Part shown: piece by piece, positions 17,867 through 29,073 of the stretch | Layout of the letters: each line of letters begins with the position of its first letter | Numbering within the stretch: position 1 is the stretch's first letter | Origin: Acidimicrobiaceae bacterium | Lineage (GTDB): Bacteria > Actinomycetota > Acidimicrobiia > Acidimicrobiales > RAAP-2 | Length of the DNA stretch: 62,345 bases | Assembly (NCBI GenBank): GCA_027315445.1 | Contig: DAHUYA010000184.1 | Span: forward strand, 1-62,345 | Direction of reading: 5' to 3' | Made by a program: the position numbers and the translations under genes | Notes under the pieces: model-generated | What the model was told of the DNA's origin: nothing | Database searches by the model: none | The model's input: only the letters and a program-made list of their open reading frames with translations

Positions 17867-19072
17867 TCAGCGCGCCTTTCTCGTTCGCTTCGCCTTCGAC
17901 CGGGGATGTGACTTGCTCCCCTGACCCTCCGAGCCAGCTCCGTTGGTGCCCACCCGGCCCTGCTGCCGACCGCCGGGGGCCCCCTTGCGGGGAGCTCCCC
18001 CTGCGGCCCGCGGTCTCTGGGCCGCCGGTGCCTTGCCGGCTTCGACCTTGCCGGCTTCCGTCTTGCCGGCTTCGACCACCGGCGTCACCCCGGCCGGCAG
18101 CTCCTGCGGCGCAGGACGGGTGGCGCCGTCTCGTCCGCCGAGCAGTGCGTTCAACACACCCCCCGCCGGGCGCGGCGAGCCGCCGATCTGCCGTTCGCCC
18201 GGGCGTTGGACCAGCCCGGTACGGAAGATGACGTCCTGGGTGGCGATCCGGACGATGGTCGACACAATCATATAAAGGACAACACCAACTGGGATCAAAA
18301 AGTATATATACGCGAAGATCAACGGCATGACCTTCTGCATCGCCTGCATCTGAGAGTTCATCTGAGAAGCGGCCTTGTTTCGCTTCGTCATCTGGCTCAT
18401 CTGAACGTATTGAAGCGCGACGGCTATGGCGACAAATACAAAGTAGGGGATGTAGTCGTACCAGAAAGCGTGGTGAGAGAAGGGCCGGAGGGCGAGGTTC
18501 AGCCCGAGAGAGTGCATGACGCCCGGGCTCGCCACCAGGTTGTGGTACATCTTCGAGCCGCTGGGAATGTAGCGCGGCACGGCGCACACTGCCGCAAGGC
18601 ACTTCTGCCCGGCGTGGCTCACCGCACCGTTCGCCAGCACCGTACCGACGGGGTATTTCGTACCCCGAGATACGGTATTTGTGAGACCTCTCAGGACGTC
18701 GTACAGGACGATGAGCGCCGGCATTTGAAGAAACATCGGCAGGCAGCCGCCGGTCGGACTGACGCCCTGCTCGCGGTAGAGCCGCATCATCTCCTGGTTC
18801 AACTGCTCGCGGTTCTCGGCGCCTTTGTACTTCTGACGGAGCTTCTGGATCTCCGGCTGGAGCGCCTGCATGGCCAGCATCGACCGCGTGCTCTTGATGG
18901 TCAGCGGCGTGAGCAGGGCCATGATGAGGATCGTCAGGATGACGATGGCGGCGGCGTAGTCCGGCACGATCCCGTAGATGAACGCCAGCACGGCCGCGAT
19001 GGCGATGAACAACGGGTGGAAGATCTGGCCGACCGCCTTGAACAGGGAGTTCTCGGCGAGGAGCGGCGCCAT
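17867..19072 (-). CDS. yidC: membrane protein insertase YidC
   Basis: Within ORF 17867..19399. ATG at 19072: MAPLLAENSLFKAVGQIFHPLFIAIA...MLAMQALQPEIQKLRQKYK...REQGVSPTGGCLPMFLQMPALIVLY..., with a basic C-terminal tail. Contains an atypically low-GC segment (see findings). Confidence 0.92.
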   Translation of the reverse strand: MAPLLAENSLFKAVGQIFHPLFIAIAAVLAFIYGIVPDYAAAIVILTILIMALLTPLTIKSTRSMLAMQALQPEIQKLRQKYKGAENREQLNQEMMRLYREQGVSPTGGCLPMFLQMPALIVLYDVLRGLTNTVSRGTKYPVGTVLANGAVSHAGQKCLAAVCAVPRYIPSGSKMYHNLVASPGVMHSLGLNLALRPFSHHAFWYDYIPYFVFVAIAVALQYVQMSQMTKRNKAASQMNSQMQAMQKVMPLIFAYIYFLIPVGVVLYMIVSTIVRIATQDVIFRTGLVQRPGERQIGGSPRPAGGVLNALLGGRDGATRPAPQELPAGVTPVVEAGKTEAGKVEAGKAPAAQRPRAAGGAPRKGAPGGRQQGRVGTNGAGSEGQGSKSHPRSKAKRTRKAR

Positions 19073-19095
19073 GTGGGAAAGGTGGGGGAGCGGGC

Positions 19096-19356
19096 TCACC
19101 GGTGCCTCCGGGAGGTGGTGATCTCGGCGGGGACCAGGTCGATCCCATGGGCGCCGAAGGGATGGCAGCGGAGGACCCGCCGGAGGGCCAGCCGTCCACC
19201 CCGCCACGCACCGTGCCGCTCGACCGCCTCCACGGCGTAGTTCGAGCACGACGGCCAGAACCGGCACGGGGAGGGATGCCCGGTGCGCGCCGCCTGGTAC
19301 GCCCGGACGACGGCCATCACCATCCGGGTCCCGAGGGAACGGGTGCCGGTGCTCAT
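19096..19356 (-). CDS. yidD: membrane protein insertion efficiency factor YidD
   Basis: In ORF 19096..19614. ATG at 19356 overlaps the rnpA stop (ATGA). [38 protein letters not shown] is the YidD/DUF37 signature. Confidence 0.9.
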   Translation of the reverse strand: MSTGTRSLGTRMVMAVVRAYQAARTGHPSPCRFWPSCSNYAVEAVERHGAWRGGRLALRRVLRCHPFGAHGIDLVPAEITTSRRHR

Positions 19357-19742
19357 CGGGCGGGGTGCGCTGAGGCGGCGGCGGCCACCCGGGTAGCACC
19401 GGTGAGCGCCTGCTCGAGACAGCCGACCAGAGCCTGGTAGGAGAGCGTGGCCGCCGGGGCGGCGGCTCCCACCAGGTAGCACCCGGGTCGGAGGGTGCCC
19501 GTGGGGACCTGACCGATGGCGGCCCGGAGGCGGCGGCGGATCCTGTTCCTGGTCACCGCCTTGCCCGCCCGACGTCCCACCGTAAAGGCCACCGCCGGGC
19601 GCGGGTCGGCGCACTCCGGTGCCGGTCGGAGGTAGCGGACCTGCACCGGGCCGGCCGAGGCGCGCCCACTGGGCCTTCTGAGCTGGGAAAAAGTGGCGCG
19701 ACGGTGGATCGGGCGGACGGCGGTGCTCATCCCCGCCCTCAC
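19353..19742 (-). CDS. rnpA: ribonuclease P protein component
   Basis: ORF 19353..19742: ...[24 protein letters not shown]...; conserved position between rpmH and yidD. The start may instead be ATG at 19730. Confidence 0.88.
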   Translation of the reverse strand: MRAGMSTAVRPIHRRATFSQLRRPSGRASAGPVQVRYLRPAPECADPRPAVAFTVGRRAGKAVTRNRIRRRLRAAIGQVPTGTLRPGCYLVGAAAPAATLSYQALVGCLEQALTGATRVAAAASAHPAR

Positions 19743-19873
19743 ACGGTCAGCCGATGGCGCCCCTTGAGCCGTCTCGCCCGCAGGATCGCTCGTCCACCCC
19801 GCGTCGCCATGCGCCGGCGGAAGCCGTGCGTCTTCGCCCGCTTGCGCGTGTTGGGTTGGTAGGTTCGCTTCAC
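19739..19873 (-). CDS. rpmH: 50S ribosomal protein L34
   Basis: Too short for the ORF track. My translation from GTG 19873: (M)[43 protein letters not shown], stop 19739-19741. An alternative GTG lies at 19882. Confidence 0.93.
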   Translation of the reverse strand: MKRTYQPNTRKRAKTHGFRRRMATRGGRAILRARRLKGRHRLTV

Positions 19874-20010
19874 GTCCGGCACGCCTTTCGCCGCTGCCCC
19901 GGGTGCCGGATGCCCCGGCCCCGGCAGGAAGAGGGTCGACCGTCGCCCGCGACGCCTGTCAGGCGCCGGGCGCGATGCCGACCCACCATGCTAGGCGCGA
20001 TCGCCGTTGC

Positions 20011-20044
20011 CCACTAGTCGGGCTCCATCCCGCGGCCACTAGTC
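20011..20044. repeat. Direct repeat CCACTAGTC x2 (25-bp period) in the rpmH-dnaA spacer
   Basis: ccactagtc at 20011-20019 and 20036-20044. Each contains ACTAGT (with CTAG), a tetranucleotide I judge to be uncommon in sequence this GC-rich. Confidence 0.6.
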
Positions 20045-20090
20045 CGGTGCGCCGGCACGGTGTACCTTCGAACGACCGCGGCCGCAGCGG

Positions 20091-20121
20091 TGGTCCACAC
20101 CTGTGGACCAGGTTGTGGACG
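20091..20121. promoter_or_regulatory. Cluster of three actinobacterial-type DnaA boxes (core GTCCACA); two of them form the 18-bp palindrome GGTCCACACCTGTGGACC
   Basis: tGGTCCACA at 20091-20099 (8/9 to TTGTCCACA). Reverse-strand copies are ctgtggacc at 20101-20109 and ttgtggacg at 20113-20121. All lie just upstream of the probable dnaA start. Confidence 0.6.
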
Positions 20122-20150
20122 GTCGGCCGGGCGGGCTCGCGGAGGAGCAG

Positions 20151-21587
20151 GTGAACGGAGCGAACGGGCTGTGGACGCGGTGTGTGGCGTCCCTTCGCGA
20201 ACAGGTCTCGGAGACCACCTGGCAGATGTGGCTCTCGAGCGTCGCGCCCCTGTCGGTGGACGACGACACCCTCATCCTGTCGGTCCCGAACGTCCTCGTG
20301 CGCGATCGGGTGGCCACCCGTTTCCTGCCCCTGATCGAGGAGACCCTGGCCGCGATCGCCGGCGAGCCGATGCGGGCCAGGTTGCGGGTGGTGGAGCAGC
20401 CGCTCGCGATCCCCGACACCGTCGAAACCGAGCTTCCCCGGGCCGGTGCGGCCCACACCGGCCGCGTCCGCAGGGGGGACCCCGGCCCGACGGCCGATCC
20501 AACCCTTTCCCGACCGAACGGGGCCCGCGGCATGCCGCGGTCGGCCGAACCCGAGCCGACGGTCATGCTCGACCCCCGTTTCCTGTTCGACACCTTCGTC
20601 GCCGCCTCGTCGAACCGGCTGGCCCATGCGGCCGCCCAGGCCGTGGCCGAGACGCCGGGACGCTCCTACAACCCGCTGTTCATCTACGGCGACTCCGGCC
20701 TCGGCAAGACCCACCTCCTGCACGCGATCGGGAACTACGTGCACGAGAACTTCCCGATGCGCAAGGTGCTCTACGTCACCACCGAGACCTTTCTGAACGA
20801 CTTCGTGGACTCGCTGCGCATGTCCACAACCATCGCCTTCAAGCGGCGCTATCGGGAATGTGACGTCCTGCTGATCGACGACGTCCAGTTCATGGAGAAC
20901 CGCGAGGGCCTGCAGGAGGAGTTCTTCCACACCTACAACGATCTTCACGGCGCCGGGAAGCAGATCGTGCTGACCGCCGACCGGCCCCCCAAGTCGATCG
21001 AAACGCTCGAGGACCGGCTCAGGAGCCGCTTCCTCTCCGGTCTCATCACCGAGATCGACCCGCCGGACTTCGAGACCCGGCTCGCCATCCTGCGCTCCAA
21101 GGCCGAAGCCGACCACGACAACATGCCCGACGACGTCCTCGAGTTCATCGCCACCCACGTCAAGAACAACATCCGGGAGCTCGAGGGCGCCCTCATCCGG
21201 GTGACCGCCTTCGCCAGCCTCAACCGGGAGTCGATCTCGCTCACCCAGGCCGAACGCGTGCTCTCCGACATCGTCTGGGCCGGGGAACCTCGCCGGATCA
21301 CCCCCCAGATGATCCGCGAGGCGACGGCCAACAGCTACGGCTTCACCGTCGACGCCATCTGCGGCCCGAGTCGGACTCGCCCCCTGGTCACCGCACGCCA
21401 GGTGGCCATGTACCTGGTCCGGGACCTGACCGAGTTCAGCTACCCGGCCATCGCCCGGGTGTTCGGTGGACGGGACCACACCACCGTCATCCACGCCGTC
21501 GACAAGATCACCAAGCAGATGAAGGAGCGTCGGCAGATCTACGACCAGGTCACCGAGTTGCGCCTCGAGCTCAAGAACGGCGCCTGA
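20151..21587 (+). CDS. dnaA: chromosomal replication initiator protein DnaA
   Basis: ORF 20103..21587. I prefer GTG at 20151, preceded by GGAGGAG: VNGANGLWTRCVASLREQVSE...NPLFIYGDSGLGKTHLLHAIGNYV...DDVQFMENREGLQEEFFHTYN...RELEGALIRV...ARQVAMYLVRDLTEFSYPAIARVFGGRDHTTVIHA. Confidence 0.95.
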   Translation: MNGANGLWTRCVASLREQVSETTWQMWLSSVAPLSVDDDTLILSVPNVLVRDRVATRFLPLIEETLAAIAGEPMRARLRVVEQPLAIPDTVETELPRAGAAHTGRVRRGDPGPTADPTLSRPNGARGMPRSAEPEPTVMLDPRFLFDTFVAASSNRLAHAAAQAVAETPGRSYNPLFIYGDSGLGKTHLLHAIGNYVHENFPMRKVLYVTTETFLNDFVDSLRMSTTIAFKRRYRECDVLLIDDVQFMENREGLQEEFFHTYNDLHGAGKQIVLTADRPPKSIETLEDRLRSRFLSGLITEIDPPDFETRLAILRSKAEADHDNMPDDVLEFIATHVKNNIRELEGALIRVTAFASLNRESISLTQAERVLSDIVWAGEPRRITPQMIREATANSYGFTVDAICGPSRTRPLVTARQVAMYLVRDLTEFSYPAIARVFGGRDHTTVIHAVDKITKQMKERRQIYDQVTELRLELKNGA

Positions 21588-21859
21588 CGATTGAACCGTC
21601 GCTGCGTGCCGCTGCACCCTGTGGACCGTCATTGTGCGATCTGGGGACGGTGCCCCCGGTCTTCCCCAGCCTTCCCCAGCCCGCACCGGAGCACCGCCGA
21701 AACGTCCACGGGGCGCTCCGCTGCGGTGGAAAGACCTTTCCCCCGCCACCAGGCATTCTGTCACCCTGTCCACAATCCCCAGCCCCTACTACCTCTATCC
21801 AAGGGAATTACGCTCTCTGTGCACCGCAGGTATGCATCCTGGCGAAAGGACGAAGCTCG
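21588..21859. other. dnaA-dnaN intergenic region, candidate oriC (DnaA-box-like motifs, 10-bp tandem repeat, AT-richer stretch)
   Basis: TGTGGACcg at 21620-21628; cTGTCCACA at 21766-21774 (8/9); weaker cGTCCACg at 21713-21720; cttccccagc x2 at 21661-21680; lower-GC stretch 21781-21840. oriC lies between dnaA and dnaN in studied actinobacteria (established knowledge). Confidence 0.5.
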
Positions 21860-22984
21860 GTGAAGTTCCGCTCCGAACGTGACTCCCTGGTCGACGCTCT
21901 GTCCACGGCAGGCCGAGCTGTCGGGGGTCGCAGCGCCTCGTCGGCCGTCCTCTCGGGGTTGCTCCTGCGGTGCGAGGGGAACCGGCTGGTGGCCACCGGG
22001 ACGGATCTCGATCTCACCATCCGGGTGGAGATCGAGGTGATCGGGCTCGAGGACGGGACGGCGGTGGTCCCCGCCCGCCTGCTCGTGGACATCGTCCGCT
22101 CGGTGGAGCCGGGCGCGGTGACCGTGGAGGGCGGCGACCAGAGGGAGAAGGTGGACATCGCCGCGGCCCGGTCCCGTTTCGGGCTCCGGGCGTACCCGGT
22201 GGTGGAGTTCCCGACGGTGTCGGTGGGGGAGGGCGACGGCGTGGGGTTCCCGGGGGCGGTGCTGGCGGAGGGGCTCCGCCAGGTGGTGCGGGCGGCATCC
22301 ACCGACGACGCGCGTCCCCTGTTGACCGGGGTGTTGATGGCCAACGAGAACGGCGCCATCCGGCTGGTGGCCACCGACTCGTACCGGCTGGCGATGCGTG
22401 ATCTCGAGGGGACCAAAGGGCTGACCGATTCCGGCGACATCCTGGTCCCGGCGCGGGCCCTGGTGGAGCTGCAGCGGCTGAGCACCGGCGGCCCCGCGGT
22501 GGAGGGTGACGGGGACGAGATCCGGGTGAGCACCGGCGACCACGAGATCACCTTCAGCCGTGGCCCGGTGCGCATCAGCACACGCCTCCTCGACGGCACC
22601 TACCCGGACTACCGCCAGCTGATCCCCGAGCACTACCCCAACCGACTGCACCTGGGCAAGGAGGCCCTGGTGGCCGCGTTGCGCCGGGTCCGGCTCCTGG
22701 TGCGCGACAACACCACTCCGGTGCGGCTGTCGATGCGGCCCGGGGGCGTGGACCTGACGGTCGTCTCCCAGGAAGTGGGGGACGCCGCCGAATCGGTGGA
22801 CGGGGATTACACGGGCGAGGAGCTGGTGATCGCCTTCAATCCGAACTACCTCCTCGACGGCGTGGACGCGGTGGTGGGTGACGAGGTGGTGATCGAGACG
22901 GGCGACCCCTCCCGCCCGGCTACGGTCCGCGGCGCCGAGCACGACGACTTCCAGTACCTCCTCATGCCGGTGCGGGTGTCCTGA
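21860..22984 (+). CDS. dnaN: DNA polymerase III beta sliding clamp
   Basis: In ORF 21632..22984. GTG at 21860: VKFRSERDSLVDALSTAGRAV...LLLRCEGNRLVATGTDLDLTIRVEI...RLVATDSYRLA...LLDGTYPDYRQLIP...FNPNYLLDG. Confidence 0.93.
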   Translation: MKFRSERDSLVDALSTAGRAVGGRSASSAVLSGLLLRCEGNRLVATGTDLDLTIRVEIEVIGLEDGTAVVPARLLVDIVRSVEPGAVTVEGGDQREKVDIAAARSRFGLRAYPVVEFPTVSVGEGDGVGFPGAVLAEGLRQVVRAASTDDARPLLTGVLMANENGAIRLVATDSYRLAMRDLEGTKGLTDSGDILVPARALVELQRLSTGGPAVEGDGDEIRVSTGDHEITFSRGPVRISTRLLDGTYPDYRQLIPEHYPNRLHLGKEALVAALRRVRLLVRDNTTPVRLSMRPGGVDLTVVSQEVGDAAESVDGDYTGEELVIAFNPNYLLDGVDAVVGDEVVIETGDPSRPATVRGAEHDDFQYLLMPVRVS

Positions 22985-23022
22985 GCGGGGGAGCACCGAC
23001 CGTCAGCCTCCGGCGGCTCGAG

Positions 23023-24144
23023 GTGGTCGACTTCCGGTCGCTGCGCTCGGTGTGCCTCGAGCCGGACCCGGCGGGGACCACCGTGCTCACCGGGGCCAAC
23101 GGGACCGGGAAGACGACGTTGCTCGAGGCGGTCGGCTACGCAGCCACCCTCCGGTCGTTCCGTGGGGGGACCCGCGAGGCCATGGTGCGCGCCGGGGCGG
23201 ATCGGGCCCTGGTGCGGGCGACCCTCGAGCGCGAAGGTCGCCCGGCGCTGATCGAGGCCGAGCTCGTGGCGAACGGCCGCTCGCGTGCCCAGCTCAACCG
23301 CCAACCCGTCCGTTCCCGCCACCAGCTCGCCCGGGTGGTGGCGGTCACCGTCTTCTCCCCGGTGGACCTGGCGCTGGTCCAAGGAGGGCCGTCCGGCCGT
23401 CGCGAGCTGCTCGACGAGGCCCTGGTGGCCGTCGACCCCACGGCGGGGGAGCTGCTCGACCGGGTCGATCGGGTGCTCCGCCAGCGGGCCGCCCTTCTCC
23501 GTCAGGCGGGTGGTCGGGTTGGGCCCGACGTCCTGCACACCCTCGAGGTGTGGGACGACCGGCTGGCCGCGGGGGGCGAGACCCTGGCAACGGGCCGCCA
23601 GGGCTTGGCCGGCCGGCTCGGCCCGCTGGTGGGCGAGGCCTACCGCGCCCTGGCCGCCGGGCGCGACCTCGAAGGTGTGACCCTCGCCTATCAGCGTTCG
23701 TGGGAAGGGCCGTTGCTCGACGCCCTGCGGGCCGCCCGCCGTGACGATCTGCGACGGGCCGTCACCACCGTCGGTCCGCACCGGGACGACCTCGTGCTCG
23801 GCTTCGACGGCCGCGATGCCCGAACCCAGGCCTCGCAGGGTCAGCAACGTTGCCTGGCGCTGTCGTTGCGGCTCGCGGTCCACCGGCTCGTGGCCGCCGA
23901 GACCGGCACGGCGCCGCTCCTGCTGCTCGACGACGTCTTCTCCGAGCTCGACCCGGACCGCAGCCGGGCCCTGGTCTGCTCGTTGCCCCCGGGACAGGCC
24001 CTCCTCACCACGGCGGTCCCCTTGCCTGAGGGGATGGAGGTGGCCAGGGTGGTGCCGGTCGCGTCGCTGACCACCGCCCCGGCCACGGCGGGTCACGACG
24101 AGCGCCTCTCCGCCCCTGCCCCCCGGCCCGAGGGGGTCCCATGA
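23023..24144 (+). CDS. recF: DNA replication/repair protein RecF
   Basis: ORF 23023..24144: FRSLRSV...TVLTGANGTGKTTLLEAVGY...GPHRDDL...SQGQQRCLALSLRLA...LLLLDDVFSELD. Confidence 0.92.
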   Translation: MVDFRSLRSVCLEPDPAGTTVLTGANGTGKTTLLEAVGYAATLRSFRGGTREAMVRAGADRALVRATLEREGRPALIEAELVANGRSRAQLNRQPVRSRHQLARVVAVTVFSPVDLALVQGGPSGRRELLDEALVAVDPTAGELLDRVDRVLRQRAALLRQAGGRVGPDVLHTLEVWDDRLAAGGETLATGRQGLAGRLGPLVGEAYRALAAGRDLEGVTLAYQRSWEGPLLDALRAARRDDLRRAVTTVGPHRDDLVLGFDGRDARTQASQGQQRCLALSLRLAVHRLVAAETGTAPLLLLDDVFSELDPDRSRALVCSLPPGQALLTTAVPLPEGMEVARVVPVASLTTAPATAGHDERLSAPAPRPEGVP

Positions 24145-24521
24145 GCGGCACGCCACCGCCCGGCGGACGGCGGGGGGCCCGACGTGACCTCGGTCCGAGA
24201 CCGATCGGCGAGTCGGTCTCCCAGGCGGTGGCCCGCCTGAGCGAGGCCGGCCCGGCCCAACTGTCGGCCGTGTTCAGCCGCTGGGAGGAGGTGGCCGGGC
24301 CGGTGCTGGGCCGGCACGTGCGGCCGGTGCGGATCAGTGGCGGCGTGCTGGTGGTGGCGGCCGACCACCCGGCCTGGGCGACCGAGGTGAGGGCCCTCTC
24401 GGCCTCGGTGCTCGAGCGGGTGGGGGAGATCGCCGGCGAGGTCCCGGACCGGCTCGAGGTCACCGTCCGGCGCCCCGGGGGGCCGGCCGGGAAGGCACGG
24501 ATTCCGCCGCCTGTCGGGTAG
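24141..24521 (+). CDS. dciA: DUF721-domain protein (DciA-type helicase loader candidate), in the conserved slot between recF and gyrB
   Basis: ORF 24141..24521, ATGA overlap with recF. ...SVSQAVARLSEAGPAQLSAVFSRWEEVAGPVLGRHVRPVRISGGVLVVAADHPAWATEVRALS is the DUF721 pattern. Confidence 0.75.
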   Translation: MSGTPPPGGRRGARRDLGPRPIGESVSQAVARLSEAGPAQLSAVFSRWEEVAGPVLGRHVRPVRISGGVLVVAADHPAWATEVRALSASVLERVGEIAGEVPDRLEVTVRRPGGPAGKARIPPPVG

Positions 24522-24614
24522 AATGGGTCGTCCGCACCGGATAGGACGGCCAAGTCGGGCCGGGGGTCCGGAGCGCACAACGGACTGTTCTGATGCGAAA
24601 GGGCGCGCCCGTGA

Positions 24615-26555
<1,941 letters not shown>

Positions 26556-26568
26556 GGACGCGACCGAG

Positions 26569-29067
26569 ATGCCGCCCCGCCGAAGGAACCCCACGACCGC
26601 CACGACCGGTGGCACCAACGGGAGCTCGCCCAACGGCGACGCCCCGGTGATCGGCTTCGTCGAGCCGATCGAGATCCAAGAGGAGATGGAGCGCTCCTTC
26701 CTCGAGTACTCCATGTCGGTCATCGTCAGCCGAGCCCTGCCCGACGTCCGGGACGGTTTGAAGCCCGTGCACCGGCGGATCCTCTACTCGATGTTCGACC
26801 AGAACCTCCGGCCGGACCGCCCGCACGTGAAGTGCGCGGCGGTGGTCGGCGAGGTGATGGGGACCTACCACCCGCACGGCGACATGGCCATCTACGACGC
26901 CCTGGTGCGGATGGTGCAGGACTTCTCGATGCGCCACCCGCTGGTGGACGGCCACGGCAGCTTCGGCGGCCCGGGGCCCGACGAGGGCCCGGCGGCCATG
27001 CGCTACACGGAGTGCCGTCTGCAGTCCCTCGCGCTCGACCTGATGGACGGGATCGACGAGGAGACCGTCGACTTCGCCCCCAACTACTCCAACAGCGCCG
27101 AGGAGCCGGTGGTCCTGCCGGCCCGATTCCCGAACCTCCTGGTCAACGGGTCGCAGGGTATCGCCGTGGGCATGGCGACCAACATCCCGCCCCACAACCT
27201 GGGCGAGGTGATCGACGCCACCGTGCACATGCTCGAGCACCCCGAGACCGAGCCCGACGAGCTCATGCAGTTCGTGAAGGGGCCGGACTTCCCGACCGGG
27301 GCCCAGATCCTGGGACGCCAGGGCATCCTCGACGCCTACCGCACCGGGCGCGGCTCCATCCGGATGCGGGCGGTGGCGGAGATCGAGGAGAGCCGCGATG
27401 CCACCCGGATCGTCGTCACCGAGCTGCCCTACCAGACCTCGGTCGGGGTGATCGCCCAGAAGATCGACGACCTGGTGAAGTCGGGGGAGCTCGACGGCAT
27501 CGCCGAGGTGCTCGACTCCTCGGCCGGCAAGCAGACCCGCCTGGTCATCCGGCTCAAGCGCGACGCCAACGCCAACGTCGTGCTGAACAAGCTCTACAAG
27601 CACACCCCCATGCAGACCAGCTTCGGGGTGAACATGCTGGCCCTGGTGGACGGGGTGCCCCGCACCCTGAACCTGGCCCAGGTGCTGCGCCACTACATCG
27701 AGCACCAGGTCGAGGTGGTCACCCGGCGCTCGGAGTTCCGCCTCCGCAAGGCCCGCGAGCGGGCCCACCTCGTGGAGGGCCTGCTGCGGGCGATCGACAT
27801 GCTCGACGCGGTGATCGCCACCATCCGGGCCAGCGACGACCGCCCGGCGGCCCGCACGGCGCTGATGGCCGACCCGTTCTCCTTCAGTGAGGAGCAGGCG
27901 AACCACATCCTCGACATGACCCTGGGCCGGCTGACCCGGCTCGGCCGCCGCGAGCTCGAGGAGGAGATGGCCAAGCTGCGCGAGACCATGGCCGAGCTCG
28001 AGTCGATCCTGGCCGACCCGGTGAAACTGCGGGCGGTGATCAGGGGCGAGCTGGGCACCATCAGGGAGAAGTTCGCCGAGGACCGGCGCAGCCTGATCAC
28101 CCACGACCCGGGCGAGCTCGGGGTGGAGGACCTGATCGAGGACGAGGAGATCGTGGACACCATGACCGCCGCCGGCTACGTCAAGTCGGTGGCGGCCGCC
28201 GCCTTCCGGACCCAGGGACGGGGGGGGCGCGGGGTGAAGGGGGCACGCCTCAAGGAGGAGGACCTCGTCACCCACGTGGTGCACACGTCGGCCCTCACCT
28301 ACCTCCTGCTCTTCTCCAACAAGGGCCGGGTCTTCCGCCTCCGGGGCCACGAGGTCCCGATGAAGGAGCGGACGGCCCGGGGCACTGCGCTGGTGAACCT
28401 GCTCCCGCTGGCCCCAGGCGAGACCATCCAGGCCATCGTCCCCACCCGGGACTTCCCGGCCGACCACTTCCTGCTGTTCGCCACCGCCCAGGGGCAGGTC
28501 AAGAAGACCGCCTTCAGCGAGTACGACAAGTCCCGGCGCGAGGGGTTCATCGCCATCAACCTGCGGGAGGGCGACGAGCTGGTCAGGGTGGTGGCCACGT
28601 CGGGGAGCGACGACATCTTCGAGGTGACCCGCAAGGGGATGACGATCCGGTTCACCGAGGAGGACGTCCGCCCGATGGGCCGGGACGCAGCCGGCGTGCG
28701 CGGTATCCGCCTGCGCGAGGACGACGAAGTCGTGTCGTGCGACGTGGCCCGTGACGAGTCCGACATCCTGATGGTGACCGACGCCGGTTACGGCAAGCGC
28801 ACCAAGGTCGAGCGGTTCAACCGCCAGGCACGCGGGGGCCAGGGCGTGCGCGGCATCCGCCTGACGGCGCGCCGCGGCCGGGTGGTGGCCGCCTTCATGG
28901 TGGCACTCGACGAGGAGATCCTGTTGGTGTCGACCGGGGGGGTGGTGATCCGAACAGCCGTGCGGGAGATCGCCTCCCAGGGCCGGGACGCCACCGGCGT
29001 GCGGGTGATGAACCTCGACGAGGGCCAGTCGGTGGCGGCGGTGGCCGCCGTCTCGGGCTCGGAATGA
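26569..29067 (+). CDS. gyrA: DNA gyrase subunit A
   Basis: In ORF 26485..29067, ATG at 26569: ...[42 protein letters not shown]...[16 protein letters not shown]..., followed by C-terminal beta-pinwheel repeats. Confidence 0.97.
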   Translation: MPPRRRNPTTATTGGTNGSSPNGDAPVIGFVEPIEIQEEMERSFLEYSMSVIVSRALPDVRDGLKPVHRRILYSMFDQNLRPDRPHVKCAAVVGEVMGTYHPHGDMAIYDALVRMVQDFSMRHPLVDGHGSFGGPGPDEGPAAMRYTECRLQSLALDLMDGIDEETVDFAPNYSNSAEEPVVLPARFPNLLVNGSQGIAVGMATNIPPHNLGEVIDATVHMLEHPETEPDELMQFVKGPDFPTGAQILGRQGILDAYRTGRGSIRMRAVAEIEESRDATRIVVTELPYQTSVGVIAQKIDDLVKSGELDGIAEVLDSSAGKQTRLVIRLKRDANANVVLNKLYKHTPMQTSFGVNMLALVDGVPRTLNLAQVLRHYIEHQVEVVTRRSEFRLRKARERAHLVEGLLRAIDMLDAVIATIRASDDRPAARTALMADPFSFSEEQANHILDMTLGRLTRLGRRELEEEMAKLRETMAELESILADPVKLRAVIRGELGTIREKFAEDRRSLITHDPGELGVEDLIEDEEIVDTMTAAGYVKSVAAAAFRTQGRGGRGVKGARLKEEDLVTHVVHTSALTYLLLFSNKGRVFRLRGHEVPMKERTARGTALVNLLPLAPGETIQAIVPTRDFPADHFLLFATAQGQVKKTAFSEYDKSRREGFIAINLREGDELVRVVATSGSDDIFEVTRKGMTIRFTEEDVRPMGRDAAGVRGIRLREDDEVVSCDVARDESDILMVTDAGYGKRTKVERFNRQARGGQGVRGIRLTARRGRVVAAFMVALDEEILLVSTGGVVIRTAVREIASQGRDATGVRVMNLDEGQSVAAVAAVSGSE

Positions 29068-29073
29068 CGGCGG

